In this document: in pieces, positions 44,732 through 54,516 of the stretch
How the letters are laid out: each line of letters opens with the position of its first letter
Numbering within the stretch: position 1 is the stretch's first letter
Source: Woeseiaceae bacterium
GTDB taxonomy: Bacteria; Pseudomonadota; Gammaproteobacteria; Steroidobacterales; Woeseiaceae
NCBI GenBank assembly: GCA_037968735.1
Contig: JBBKWC010000014.1
Coordinates: 68,195-132,194, forward strand
DNA: 64,000 bases
Reading direction: 5' to 3'
Made by a program: the position numbers and the translations under genes
Notes under the pieces: generated by a model
The model's database searches: none
The model's input: only the letters and a program-made list of their open reading frames with translations
Told to the model about the DNA's origin: nothing

Positions 44732-45011
44732 GATGTAATCGAACCAGACGTGAGTCGTGCGTTTTCAATTCGCAAGAAATGGTTCAAAACGCTTCGCGTA
44801 CTTATGAGCACTGATCTTGATCGGAGTCGCGGCTTTACAAGTTGATGCTTTGAAGTGCGGTATGTACGCGCGCCATAATCCATAGGGTAATTCCTTCCTT
44901 AGTTTTTCGCGAGATTGTTAACTCTGGGTTCATGTACACCAGATACATCCGAAACACGTTTTGGATGCAGACACACGAATAATAGGCCTCCCTCACGCGT
45001 TTCAGCGGCTG

Positions 45012-45374
45012 CTACGACGGCTTCTCAAGATGTCCCTCTGACTTTAGCTTGTGCCCAACCTGCACGATTGCGTCGAGTGCTGGAATCAGTTCAAGCCCCA
45101 AATCCGTAAGTTTGTATTCAACTGATGGCGGCGACGTTGGTAGCACATGTCGCTCTAGCACGCCACGTTCGCGAAGCTCTGTAAGTCGTGCAGACAGAAC
45201 CTTCGCCGATATCGGTGGGATATCTATCCGTAGCTCATTAAATCTCCTTGGGCCTGCACGCAAACACCAGATGACGTTTGGCGCCCAGGCACCCGCGATC
45301 ACTGCCATGCATTCCGTCAACATGCACGGCTGAGGCGGTTTCGGACTCTGGTTGCGACGGACTTTAAGACCCAT
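45012..45374 (-). CDS. HxlR-family transcriptional regulator
   Basis: 120 aa: CMLTECMAVIAGAWAPNVIWCL...RRFNELRIDIPPISAKVLSARLTELRERGVL. Confidence 0.85.
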   Translation of the reverse strand: MGLKVRRNQSPKPPQPCMLTECMAVIAGAWAPNVIWCLRAGPRRFNELRIDIPPISAKVLSARLTELRERGVLERHVLPTSPPSVEYKLTDLGLELIPALDAIVQVGHKLKSEGHLEKPS

Positions 45375-45489
45375 CCGCTCAGGTGACCAGGTTTCTAAAG
45401 AGTAACTCTATTCTCACGGTAACCCCTAGTAACTTAGTTGATGATGGTTATGATTGGCATGACAGTAACTTAATACCCAGGAGAAATCT

Positions 45490-46119
45490 ATGAAGCTCTA
45501 CTACAAGCCCGGCGCATGTTCCATGGCGTCCCACATCATCCTCAACGAGCTTGGTATTCCGTTCGAGCTCGACAAGACCGACACGGTTGCCGGCACTACG
45601 AGCTCCGGGCGGCCGTTTGCAGAAGTAAATCCCAACGGCTACGTCCCCGCCCTTGAGATCGACGACAACATCGTAATCACTGAAAACCCGGCGATCTTGC
45701 AATACCTGGGCGATCTCAACCCCGATCGTGGCTTGGTGCCGGCACGCGACAGCTTTGAGCGGGTCCGGCTTCAGGAAGTGTTGAACTACCTATCTTCAGA
45801 ACTCCACAAGTCGTATAGCCCATTTTTCTCGGGGGTTGAACTGACAGATGAAGCTCGAAAAACCGCAGAAACGAAAGTTGCGAGGCGGGTCAGTACGCTG
45901 GAAACACGCCTCTCGGATGGTCGATTGCACCTCCTGGGCGATGATTTCAGTGTGGCGGACGCTTACGCCTTTGTGGTCCTCAACTGGTCTGACTTTATCG
46001 ACTTTCCTCTGGCTCCCTGGCCGCACATCGTGAACTTCGTTGAGCGCGTACGTAGCCGCCCGGCCGTCATCAAAACCATGGCCACAGAGGGGCTCATTCG
46101 CATGGCGGAGGCGTCATGA
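45490..46119 (+). CDS. glutathione S-transferase
   Basis: 209 aa: [20 protein letters not shown]..., [13 protein letters not shown]-like ENPAILQYL. Confidence 0.9.
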   Translation: MKLYYKPGACSMASHIILNELGIPFELDKTDTVAGTTSSGRPFAEVNPNGYVPALEIDDNIVITENPAILQYLGDLNPDRGLVPARDSFERVRLQEVLNYLSSELHKSYSPFFSGVELTDEARKTAETKVARRVSTLETRLSDGRLHLLGDDFSVADAYAFVVLNWSDFIDFPLAPWPHIVNFVERVRSRPAVIKTMATEGLIRMAEAS

Positions 46120-46490
46120 ACGAGCATGACGCCGTCGCCGAGGTGCTGGGTACGTACTTCGATGCACTGTACTACTGCCACACCGACAAAATTCGTGACG
46201 TTTTCCATCCAAAAGCGATCTACGCCACTGCCGACGAAACGCCCTTTCTCTTCCGCGATATGACGGAATACACGAGGGTTATCGCGGAGCGTCAGTCGCC
46301 GGCATCGCGCAATGAACCGCGGCGCGATGTCATCGACGCGATTGAGTTTGCCGGTAAAAACACGGCGCGCGCTCGGGTCAGATGTTCCATCGGTTCACGC
46401 GATTTTGTCGATTTCCTCACGCTGGTTCGTGACGACGATCGATGGCAGATCATCGCGAAGGTGTTTCAAATCAGCGAACGGGAAGGATAA
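46116..46490 (+). CDS. NTF2-like (putative lumazine-binding) protein
   Basis: 124 aa. ATGA overlap with the GST stop. [23 protein letters not shown]...[11 protein letters not shown]. Confidence 0.65.
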   Translation: MNEHDAVAEVLGTYFDALYYCHTDKIRDVFHPKAIYATADETPFLFRDMTEYTRVIAERQSPASRNEPRRDVIDAIEFAGKNTARARVRCSIGSRDFVDFLTLVRDDDRWQIIAKVFQISEREG

Positions 46491-46494
46491 GAAA

Positions 46495-46716
46495 ATGCCG
46501 TATGTCAATATCAAGGTAACCCGAGAGGGTGTCACTGTTGCGCAGAAGGAGACCCTAATTAAGGGGGTAACGGACCTTCTGCACGACGTCCTCAACAAGA
46601 CGCCATCAACGACGTTCGTCGTCATCGACGAGGTGGAGATGGAAAACTGGGGCATCGGAGGGCTCCCGGTTGCGGCTTATCGGGAACAAGCTGCGAAGGC
46701 GCAGCTCCGGACGTGA
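46495..46716 (+). CDS. 4-oxalocrotonate tautomerase family enzyme
   Basis: ATG 46495 gives MPYVNIKV (catalytic Pro1 after Met removal). 73 aa. Lies inside ORF 46312..46716. Confidence 0.8.
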   Translation: MPYVNIKVTREGVTVAQKETLIKGVTDLLHDVLNKTPSTTFVVIDEVEMENWGIGGLPVAAYREQAAKAQLRT

Positions 46717-47246
46717 ATGTGCTTTCAAATCCTTTGCTAATGGGTGCCATCATGGTCGTCGCCGGGTTCGGTATTCCGGTGATGGCCTCACTCAACAGCG
46801 GGTTAGGTGCGCGATTGGAAAATCCAGTCCTGGCTGCCACCATCCTTTTTGCGCTGGCGCTTGCGCTGACCATTGCGGTGCTTATCGTACGAGGAACTCC
46901 ACTCGTGGTACACGTTGTGCATACTCCACTGACGTTCTATCTAGGCGGTTTTCTCGTCGCATTCTATGTGCTTTCGATCACCTGGATTGCGCCGAAAATT
47001 GGCGTCGGAAACGCAATCTTCCTCGTGCTCCTCGGCCAGCTGATTGCGTCCGCGCTGGTCGATCATTATGGCTGGTTCGGCGCACCGCAGTCGTCATTGA
47101 CTCTCTGCCGGTGTTTCGGAATCGCATTAATGGTCATCGGTATCCTGCTGGCAGGAAAACCGATAGGCGGCAATGACGCAATGATCGGGCCGTCGCCTGC
47201 ACCAAACTCCGCGGAAGGAAATACGCTGCGAACCTTCAGGCAATAA
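46713..47246 (+). CDS. DMT-superfamily (DUF606/YdcZ-like) membrane protein
   Basis: 177 aa, 5 TM. GTGA overlap with the tautomerase stop. Confidence 0.7.
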   Translation: MNVLSNPLLMGAIMVVAGFGIPVMASLNSGLGARLENPVLAATILFALALALTIAVLIVRGTPLVVHVVHTPLTFYLGGFLVAFYVLSITWIAPKIGVGNAIFLVLLGQLIASALVDHYGWFGAPQSSLTLCRCFGIALMVIGILLAGKPIGGNDAMIGPSPAPNSAEGNTLRTFRQ

Positions 47247-47543
47247 TAAGCGCCCAACTTTTGCATAATAGTTTGGTGACCGCCGCCCTCCCTCAACTTT
47301 TGTGGAATATTTGAGTCAAGACCTGCGCCAGACTCGATCCGGTACGTCCACTCCCGCCCTGGACCGACATCACGCATCGGACATTTGGCGCTACGGGGTT
47401 GCCACAGTATGTCGTGTGCAAGTACGTATTACGGATGATTTCCTAAAGGCCTAGTCTGATTTTCCAAACGGGCACTGTCCGCATCAGACCACAACGAATT
47501 GACCGATTAGGTCGGGCGAAAGTCATAACAAAAAGGATCGAAA

Positions 47544-47990
47544 ATGAAAAATTTCCCACACCACTATCTGGTAGACGCGACCGCCAGCGTCGAAGGAATG
47601 GTTGACCTGACAAGTGCCGGCCTTCGGCCGATTGAATCCGCGCCGCCTGCCGAGTTCGGTGGCCCTGGTGACCGCTGGTCGCCTGAGACGCTCCTGGTTG
47701 CAGCAGTTGCGGACTGTTTCATACTAACGTTCAGGGCTATCGCACGGGCGTCTAAATTGGATTGGTTATCAATAAGTTGCAATATCGAAGGGGTTCTCGA
47801 TCGCGCGGACAACATTACTCAATTTACGGAATTTCGGCTGCATGCTGTGCTTGACGCACCGGAAGGAACCGACGTGCCAATGGCAATGCGCCTTCTGCAA
47901 AAGTCGGAAGGTGCTTGTCTTATCACGAATTCACTGAAGGCATCGTCCCATCTCGAGGCCGAAGTACGAATTGCCGGGTCCGTCGACTGA
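47544..47990 (+). CDS. OsmC-family peroxiredoxin-like protein
   Basis: 148 aa. PETLLVAAVADCF and EGACLITNSL, the two conserved Cys regions. Confidence 0.8.
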   Translation: MKNFPHHYLVDATASVEGMVDLTSAGLRPIESAPPAEFGGPGDRWSPETLLVAAVADCFILTFRAIARASKLDWLSISCNIEGVLDRADNITQFTEFRLHAVLDAPEGTDVPMAMRLLQKSEGACLITNSLKASSHLEAEVRIAGSVD

Positions 47991-48124
47991 TAAGCTGGTA
48001 GTGGATGCAAGATTGTCCAGGCACACCAAATGAGATTATCAGTAAATTAACTCGCCGCTATCCGCCATAGAAAATGTGCTGGCCAGGCAGCATCATAGGC
48101 GTCGTGTTCACTTCTGACTGAATA

Positions 48125-49804
48125 ATGTCAATTCTAAGACTTCTTTTACCGAACCCAATTGTCGGTCCGAGCCGTGGCCAGGGAACCCGCAATATTCGCG
48201 GCGATATATTCGGCGGCATTACGGCTGCCGTGGTTGCACTGCCCCTCGCACTTGCTTTCGGTGTTGCCTCCGGCGCCGGTGCTATAGCCGGACTGTATGG
48301 CGCCATTGCGACTGGCTTTTTCGCCTCGTTGTTCGGTGGTACGCCGGCACAGGTGTCAGGGCCAACCGGTCCGATGACCGTGGTCATGGGCGCAATTGTC
48401 GCGAGTCACGCGGATAGTCTTCCCGAAGCATTCACCATCGTCATGCTCGGCGGCGTCATTCAGATGCTCTTTGGAATACTCCGTGTCGGAAAATACGTTA
48501 CCTACACGCCCGCGTCAGTTGTGTCCGGATTTATGACCGGTGTTGGCATGATCATCGTGATCATCCAAACCCTGCCGTTTCTCGGCCTGCCCGCCTCGAC
48601 ACAAGGCGTCGCGGGCACGCTGCAGATACTCACAACTCTGCAGATCGAATCCATCAATTTTCGTGCGATTGCCTTTGCTTTTGCCGCACTACTGCTACTC
48701 ATCTACTGGCCCAAGCGGCTCGCTCAATCACTGCCGGCCCCGCTGGGCATCCTCGTTATTGGTACGACAGTGTCAGCGCTGGCCATTCAGGGCTTGCCGG
48801 TCATTGGCGAAGTGCCGTCGGGAATTCCCGAATTTATCGTACCGACTGTGTCCATCGGTGGTATGGCAAGGATGCTGCAACCAGCATTCGTCCTCGCGTT
48901 ATTGGGCTCAATTGACAGCTTGCTAACGTCGCTTGTGGCCGACTCGGTAACGAAAACACAACATGATCCCGACAAGGAACTCGTGGGACAGGGCATCGGC
49001 AACATTGCTGCAGGAATGTTAGGTGCTTTACCCGGCGCCGGCGCAACGATGCGAACCGTCGTCAATGTCAGAGCCGGAGGTAGAAACCCGATATCCGGAA
49101 TGTTGCATGCCGCCATATTGCTGGGAATTGCTCTTGGCCTGGGCCCGATCGTTGCGTACGTGCCAACCACCGTCCTGGCAGCGATCCTGATGAAGGTCGG
49201 TTGGGACATCATCGATTGGGGCTATCTAAAACGTATTCGACAGGCGCCGCGGGAAAAAGTCGTGGTGATGCTGGTAACGCTAGGTCTTACCGTCTTCGTT
49301 GACCTGATAACAGCCGTCGGCGTAGGCATTATCCTCGCCGGGTTCGTCAACTCCCGCTACCTCGCCGAAGAACAGCTCAAAGGGCTAAAGCAATCTGCGG
49401 ATGCCAATGAACTTGATCTACTAACACCAGAGGAGAAAGCGCTCCTGAATACCGTCGACGGTCGTGTGTTGATTACTCTCCTGCAAGGTTCGTTCTCCTA
49501 TGCGTCGGCACGTGATCTGGCTCGCCGCGACACGCAGGCTATAGCGCATCGTGATGTGGTCATCTATGATTTTACGCATTCCGGGTATATCGATCCGAGC
49601 GCCGCACTGGCTATCGATGAAATGATCGATCTTTCACGAAAGCATGATCGGCACGTCATGGTGTCGGGTCTGAAGAGCCACGCACTCCGGGCGCTCAGTG
49701 GCATGGGCGTCCTCGATCGCATACCGGTGGATCAGCAATACGAGTTCCGCAAGGACGCGATCGCGGCAGCGGTAAGACTCTGTCAGGAACAGTCGCCGCG
49801 GTAG
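48125..49804 (+). CDS. SulP-family anion transporter with C-terminal STAS domain
   Basis: 559 aa: DIFGGITAAVVALPLALAFGVASG, then a STAS-like tail (VVIYDFTHSGYIDPSAALAIDE). Confidence 0.9.
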   Translation: MSILRLLLPNPIVGPSRGQGTRNIRGDIFGGITAAVVALPLALAFGVASGAGAIAGLYGAIATGFFASLFGGTPAQVSGPTGPMTVVMGAIVASHADSLPEAFTIVMLGGVIQMLFGILRVGKYVTYTPASVVSGFMTGVGMIIVIIQTLPFLGLPASTQGVAGTLQILTTLQIESINFRAIAFAFAALLLLIYWPKRLAQSLPAPLGILVIGTTVSALAIQGLPVIGEVPSGIPEFIVPTVSIGGMARMLQPAFVLALLGSIDSLLTSLVADSVTKTQHDPDKELVGQGIGNIAAGMLGALPGAGATMRTVVNVRAGGRNPISGMLHAAILLGIALGLGPIVAYVPTTVLAAILMKVGWDIIDWGYLKRIRQAPREKVVVMLVTLGLTVFVDLITAVGVGIILAGFVNSRYLAEEQLKGLKQSADANELDLLTPEEKALLNTVDGRVLITLLQGSFSYASARDLARRDTQAIAHRDVVIYDFTHSGYIDPSAALAIDEMIDLSRKHDRHVMVSGLKSHALRALSGMGVLDRIPVDQQYEFRKDAIAAAVRLCQEQSPR

Positions 49805-49918
49805 GACTGGTCACGAGGCTGCCACCGCTCCTAAATCAAGGGCACGCTCGCAATCAGCACAAGAGACCGCGCGCGCGGCTGACGATTGTTAAATTACGAG
49901 GCGTTAGCCGAGACTTTT

Positions 49919-50179
49919 CTACGACCGGTTTCTGGAGTTCCGCTCGATCAGAATTCTGGCCAACCCAAATGCGCTGATGAGAAACCAAGCAGATTGAATT
50001 ACCGCTGAAGGCCAGTTGAACGTGAAATAGAGGGACACGCCAATAAGCATGCAGCCAAGCATGTTGATTAATTGATAAGGGATCGACCTCGATTCAAGAC
50101 GGCCGTATTGGACAAGAAAATAAGTCACCAGCACGCAGCACACGCCAAAGTAGCCGACTACATTAGGCAAACTTGTCAA
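49919..50179 (-). CDS. small 3-TM membrane protein
   Basis: 86 aa, three hydrophobic helices. ATGA-type overlap with the upstream ORF. Confidence 0.6.
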   Translation of the reverse strand: MTSLPNVVGYFGVCCVLVTYFLVQYGRLESRSIPYQLINMLGCMLIGVSLYFTFNWPSAVIQSAWFLISAFGLARILIERNSRNRS

Positions 50180-50700
50180 TTGAAAAATACGAAATTGACA
50201 GCAATTAACAGCGCAATAAAACTGACAATCTGAGATACATAGCCTGCTTTAACGATCGGTCGCGTAGTCACCGGCGAGTCCATATATTCTTTCGGTAGTA
50301 CGTGATGAACACTTCCACGATTGACAGTGATCTTGTAAAACCCCATACCTACTTCAGCAGACACAATCTGGTCAAATTGTCGTTTAATTTCCGTATCGCA
50401 CCACCCGGTAAACCACACTGTAAATGAAATTATCAATACCGGTACTAGCATAAACGCTTTGGCAAGTTCGATTTCCAAACGGTTCTCAGCGATGTACGCC
50501 AAAATGCCAAGGCTTGCCGCAGTGCTAATCGGAATTAGCTGAGACAACAGAGTTTCGTAGTGCCTGACCCACTGTTGCTTGTTCGAATAGAGCGCATGGA
50601 GCGCCTCGAAACCTGCAGTGATTCCACCGTTCGGGTCGTTGACATTGGTTGCAACTTTCACCTCTTCCCGTGCGTTTTCTGTCATCTCTTTTCTCCGCAT
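50176..50700 (-). CDS. membrane protein (unknown function)
   Basis: 174 aa with helices at about 55-75, 85-105 and 150-172. No recognisable family. Confidence 0.55.
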   Translation of the reverse strand: MRRKEMTENAREEVKVATNVNDPNGGITAGFEALHALYSNKQQWVRHYETLLSQLIPISTAASLGILAYIAENRLEIELAKAFMLVPVLIISFTVWFTGWCDTEIKRQFDQIVSAEVGMGFYKITVNRGSVHHVLPKEYMDSPVTTRPIVKAGYVSQIVSFIALLIAVNFVFFN

Positions 50701-50956
50701 GGTTGTTGCTGCGGCAGTAGTGTATCGAGCGATTCTTGAAGGATGAAACGCACGACGCCGGTGTTCACGTCCAGCGGTCTTAATGATAAACCCATAAACC
50801 GGGTTGGCTGCAATTAGTCATCGGGAGACTGTTCCGGCAGTTCCGGGGCACCGTGTCCGTTCGGCTACAAGCAGCCGCTGCCGGGGTTTTTTGTGCCCTA
50901 CCCTGTGCCCACCCGTCTAATCTGCATACAAACAGCGGAACGTAACTTTTGGCCAC

Positions 50957-51105
50957 ACCGTCAGGCTCGTTCCGGGCGGTGGACTCCGCAGATCTTATGC
51001 CCGTCCGGGTCCAGGAAATAGCAAAAATGCATTGTCCGTCAACGCCGAGGTCAGCGTAATCGGTCTAACAAAGCGGATTTCGAAAGTTGGACCGTCGCCA
51101 CATCC
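50957..51105 (-). pseudogene. collapsed relic: MliC-like fragment fused to the last 24 codons of a VOC paralogue
   Basis: 50957-51032 matches 51761-51836 (5 mismatches in 76 nt). 51034-51105 aligns codon for codon with 56719-56790 (GCGDGPTFEIRFVRPITL vs NCDEGRTFEIRFVGPGTL). Confidence 0.65.
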
Positions 51106-51120
51106 GTCTTCGGAGGCCGG

Positions 51121-51157
51121 AAAGCAAAAGGGGTGGTAGAAAGCATCTACCACCCCT
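51121..51157 (-). terminator. Rho-independent terminator
   Basis: Perfect 12-bp stem AGGGGTGGTAGA / TCTACCACCCCT with a 5-nt loop, followed on the minus strand by TTTGCTTT. About 40 nt after the stop of the 148-aa gene. Confidence 0.7.
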
Positions 51158-51198
51158 GATTGCTGCTATGGATCTGCAATAATTTCGCGAAGCTCCGG

Positions 51199-51645
51199 CT
51201 AATTACCCGGTTCTGGCGGCTGCGTAGTGATAGCCCGCTCCGCCATACAGTCCACGGTAGACGCCTTGTGGATTTGCCCCGTTGATGATAAGTGCAGACG
51301 CGGGTTGAATATCGCCAATATTAAACCATCGCCATGGGCGAGATGAGCGGCGATCGCCCCTCGGCTTTTGGCACCTATAGAAATGCCGAGAAAATGATTC
51401 TTCGGTACAGTAACGGTATTCGACAGGCCCGCTGCATCGGTGTATGTGAAGGTACAGGCGCCAGTGGCACCGTCACAATTGGCACCCAGCTCCATTGGTC
51501 CACCAATGTTGTGACAGATCAAATCCTCCGGTGGCGGCGGCTCACATTCCGGATTATTTGGATCACATTCATCCTGCGCGACGCTTACGCCTGCGAATAA
51601 CATGAGGCCAAACCCTACCAGCAGTGTTTTGACGTGTGAACGCAT
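51199..51645 (-). CDS. secreted Cys-rich protein (unknown function)
   Basis: 148 aa. Signal peptide ending VSVAQ. ECDPNNPEC, LICHN...AIAAHLAHGDGL motif. Confidence 0.7.
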   Translation of the reverse strand: MRSHVKTLLVGFGLMLFAGVSVAQDECDPNNPECEPPPPEDLICHNIGGPMELGANCDGATGACTFTYTDAAGLSNTVTVPKNHFLGISIGAKSRGAIAAHLAHGDGLILAIFNPRLHLSSTGQIHKASTVDCMAERAITTQPPEPGN

Positions 51646-51764
51646 TATTTGTTTCTCCCATTATTATTTTTTTCGCCTTGGTAATCGTTTACCAAGCTCG
51701 GATCAACCTAACACGTCTCCCTGCTCGCATTCACATAATTCAACATAATTAATTTGGTCAACCG

Positions 51765-52163
51765 TCAGGCTCGTTCCGGGCGGTGGATGCCGCAGATCTT
51801 ATGGCCGTCCGGGTCCACGAAATAGCACAAATGCATGACTCCTATCGTGCTTTTGCGCGGGCCGGGCGGGTCTTCCACACTGGTGGCGCCATGCTCCACC
51901 GCAACGTCGTGCAGTTCCTTCACCTGTTCCGGCGAATTACAGACAAAGCCAATGGTTGAGCCATTGGCGGCAGTCACTGGCTCACTATTAATCGGCTCGG
52001 TCACGCCGAAGGTAGAGCCGTTATGAACGTAAAACAGACGGGTTTGCCCGGTATCGTTGGTGTGCTCCATTGGCTCCCCAGCACCAAGCACCGCGAGCAC
52101 GGCATTGTAAAAGTCCTTAGATTTCTCAATGTCATTTGAGCCAATCATTACGTGGTTCAGCAT
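51765..52163 (-). CDS. VOC (glyoxalase/bleomycin-resistance/dioxygenase) family protein
   Basis: 132 aa: MLNHVMIGSNDIEKSKDFY..., CYFVDPDGHKI. Confidence 0.85.
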   Translation of the reverse strand: MLNHVMIGSNDIEKSKDFYNAVLAVLGAGEPMEHTNDTGQTRLFYVHNGSTFGVTEPINSEPVTAANGSTIGFVCNSPEQVKELHDVAVEHGATSVEDPPGPRKSTIGVMHLCYFVDPDGHKICGIHRPERA

Positions 52164-52197
52164 TGCATTCTCTCCGCTTGAGCAAGTGTAAACACCG

Positions 52198-54516
52198 TCA
52201 CGCCGAGGAAATCGCCTGCAAAACCGCTTTGGGGCTTATTGGCAGATGGCGCAAACGCACGCCAACCGCGTTATAGATTGCATTTGCGATAGCCGGTGCA
52301 ATTACTGTGGTTCCTGGTTCGCCCAGCCCTACCGGGGCCTCTGTACTTGCGACGATCTCGATATCCATTTCCGGCGTGTCGATCATGCGAAGCGGAGTGT
52401 ACGTGTTGAGATTGCGATCACGAACGTTGCCGGCCTCGATCTCGGTACCCTCGTACAGCGCCATCGACAGGCCCCATAATGCCGCACCCTCACATTGCGC
52501 ATGCGCACTGTCAGGATCGATGACGGTTCCGCAGTCCAACACGAGCCAGAGTTTCTGCACCTCAACCCGCCCCGTCCGTCGGTCGACATGAACCTTGGCG
52601 GCCGCCGCGGTCCATGTTGGCATCGTTCTCGACTGGCCGAAGGTTGTGGCAATGCCAATGGCTGTATCGGAACCCGGATCTGATTGTCCATACCCGGAAC
52701 GCTCGGCAAGTCGTTTGAGCACGTTTGATTGCCGTGACGCGCCACCGACGGCATTCGGTGCGGAGCCCGCATTCATACCTTCCGCGACCAGATGATCCAG
52801 ACGGAACGTAAGCGGATCAACGCCCAGTTTGTGGGCAGCTTCGTCTATGAAGCTCTCCACGGCAAAATGTGTCCAGCCCGGTCCAACCGAGCGAAGCCAA
52901 CCCGGACGAATAGTGCGATTGGCCAGATCGTTGGATATCGCCCGAACCTTGTGAGCGCCAACCGAGTACCAATGGTCGGCGCCGTCGATAGCAAAGGGAT
53001 CGTAGGGTTCTTCGTTAACTCCATTTGGCATGAAGCTCGGAACCATCACCTGGGTGGGCCATCCAGCCGCTGCGTGATGCTCCATGCCGATGACGTTCTC
53101 CTCAGCATCGAAAGCCATCCGCAGTTTCTGCACACTTGGCGACCGGGGGCTGTCGAACTTGGCATCGTCCTCCCGGAAGAAAACAAGTTTGACAGGCGCG
53201 CCGTCCAGCGCTTTGGACGCCAGCGCTGCAGGCACGGCGTAGTCACCGTTCAGCCGGCGCCCGAATCCGCCGCCCAACATGTAAGTGCGCATCACGACCT
53301 GATCAGCATCCACGGCCAAAGCCGTTGACAGAGTCGGCAGGATCAATGACTGCCATTGGTTGCCCGTGTGTATCTCCCAGATGCCATCGCCGTTTTTGAA
53401 CGCAGTGGCATTTACCGGTTCGAGCTGGAAATGCAGGACGGTAGCGGTAGTGTATTCCGCCTCGATGGTGTCTGCGGCACTGGCGAAAACCGAATCAGTG
53501 TCAATGTTGCCGGTGTCCAGTATCGCGCCGACGCCCGCGTCGGCGATCAGTTTGCGGGCATGATCCTGTATGTCGGTCTCGGAAACGTCCGCTGTGTCGC
53601 CGGCATCCCATTGGACCTTGACTCGCTCGGATGCCCACTTGGCAGCCATTAATGATTTGCCGACGACGATCACCCAACCGGGAACCGTATTCGAGGGATC
53701 GTCCAATTGCAGAGTCTGCAGATAGCCGGGTTGATCCTGCGCGTCGCTATCGTCGATAGACGTCACCTTCGATCCCAGGCGGGTGGGCGGTATCAAAGGG
53801 ACGCCATAGACCATACCGTCTATCTTTGCATCGAGACCGTAGATCGCCTGACCGTTAGTCTTGGTCATTATATCCAGGGCTGTCACGTCTTTGCCGACCA
53901 ACCGCAGCTCGCTGTGCGGTTTCAGCGGCAGTGCGTTTAACTCGTCTTCCGTGAAGCTTCGCGCCAGTCCTTCGGAAACCAGTGCTCCGTAGTTGACCGT
54001 GTTGCCGCCGCCGGTCACCTGGCCGTCTCGCGCGCGGCATTGCGACGGGTCGATGCCCCACTTCCGGGCGGCGGCTTCGATAAAGGCCGTACGTCCTGCG
54101 GCACCGGCCTGACGGTAGATTGGCCAGCTTTGCCACACTGACCAGCTGCCACCGGTGACCATCAAGCCCCATTTGTCGGCCGAATCAACATGTGTGATGT
54201 GAACCTTTTCCCACGGCACTTCCAACTCGTCTGCAAGAATGCGGGCGATTGCCGTTCCCACATGCTGGCCCATTTCGGCACGGATGATGTTGACGTTGAC
54301 CTGGCCCTCGGAATCCACCGAATACCAAAGTGACGGTTCAAAAGTTTGGCCGACTGGTTCGACAGGCATCCCATCCGCTGCAGCCGGGTTCATAGCCGCA
54401 TGCGTTGCAAGTGGAAACCCGAAAGCGGCACCTGCCGTTGACATCGCGACCAGAAATCCGCGGCGCGTCATACCTGATGTGCTGTTGCTGCGCGAAGGCA
54501 ATTTCATCTTAAACAT
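52198..54516 (-). CDS. molybdopterin-binding oxidoreductase large subunit (IorB/aldehyde oxidoreductase type), Tat-exported
   Basis: 772 aa. Twin-arginine signal [17 protein letters not shown]. Xanthine dehydrogenase-family Mo-binding body. Confidence 0.9.
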   Translation of the reverse strand: MFKMKLPSRSNSTSGMTRRGFLVAMSTAGAAFGFPLATHAAMNPAAADGMPVEPVGQTFEPSLWYSVDSEGQVNVNIIRAEMGQHVGTAIARILADELEVPWEKVHITHVDSADKWGLMVTGGSWSVWQSWPIYRQAGAAGRTAFIEAAARKWGIDPSQCRARDGQVTGGGNTVNYGALVSEGLARSFTEDELNALPLKPHSELRLVGKDVTALDIMTKTNGQAIYGLDAKIDGMVYGVPLIPPTRLGSKVTSIDDSDAQDQPGYLQTLQLDDPSNTVPGWVIVVGKSLMAAKWASERVKVQWDAGDTADVSETDIQDHARKLIADAGVGAILDTGNIDTDSVFASAADTIEAEYTTATVLHFQLEPVNATAFKNGDGIWEIHTGNQWQSLILPTLSTALAVDADQVVMRTYMLGGGFGRRLNGDYAVPAALASKALDGAPVKLVFFREDDAKFDSPRSPSVQKLRMAFDAEENVIGMEHHAAAGWPTQVMVPSFMPNGVNEEPYDPFAIDGADHWYSVGAHKVRAISNDLANRTIRPGWLRSVGPGWTHFAVESFIDEAAHKLGVDPLTFRLDHLVAEGMNAGSAPNAVGGASRQSNVLKRLAERSGYGQSDPGSDTAIGIATTFGQSRTMPTWTAAAAKVHVDRRTGRVEVQKLWLVLDCGTVIDPDSAHAQCEGAALWGLSMALYEGTEIEAGNVRDRNLNTYTPLRMIDTPEMDIEIVASTEAPVGLGEPGTTVIAPAIANAIYNAVGVRLRHLPISPKAVLQAISSA

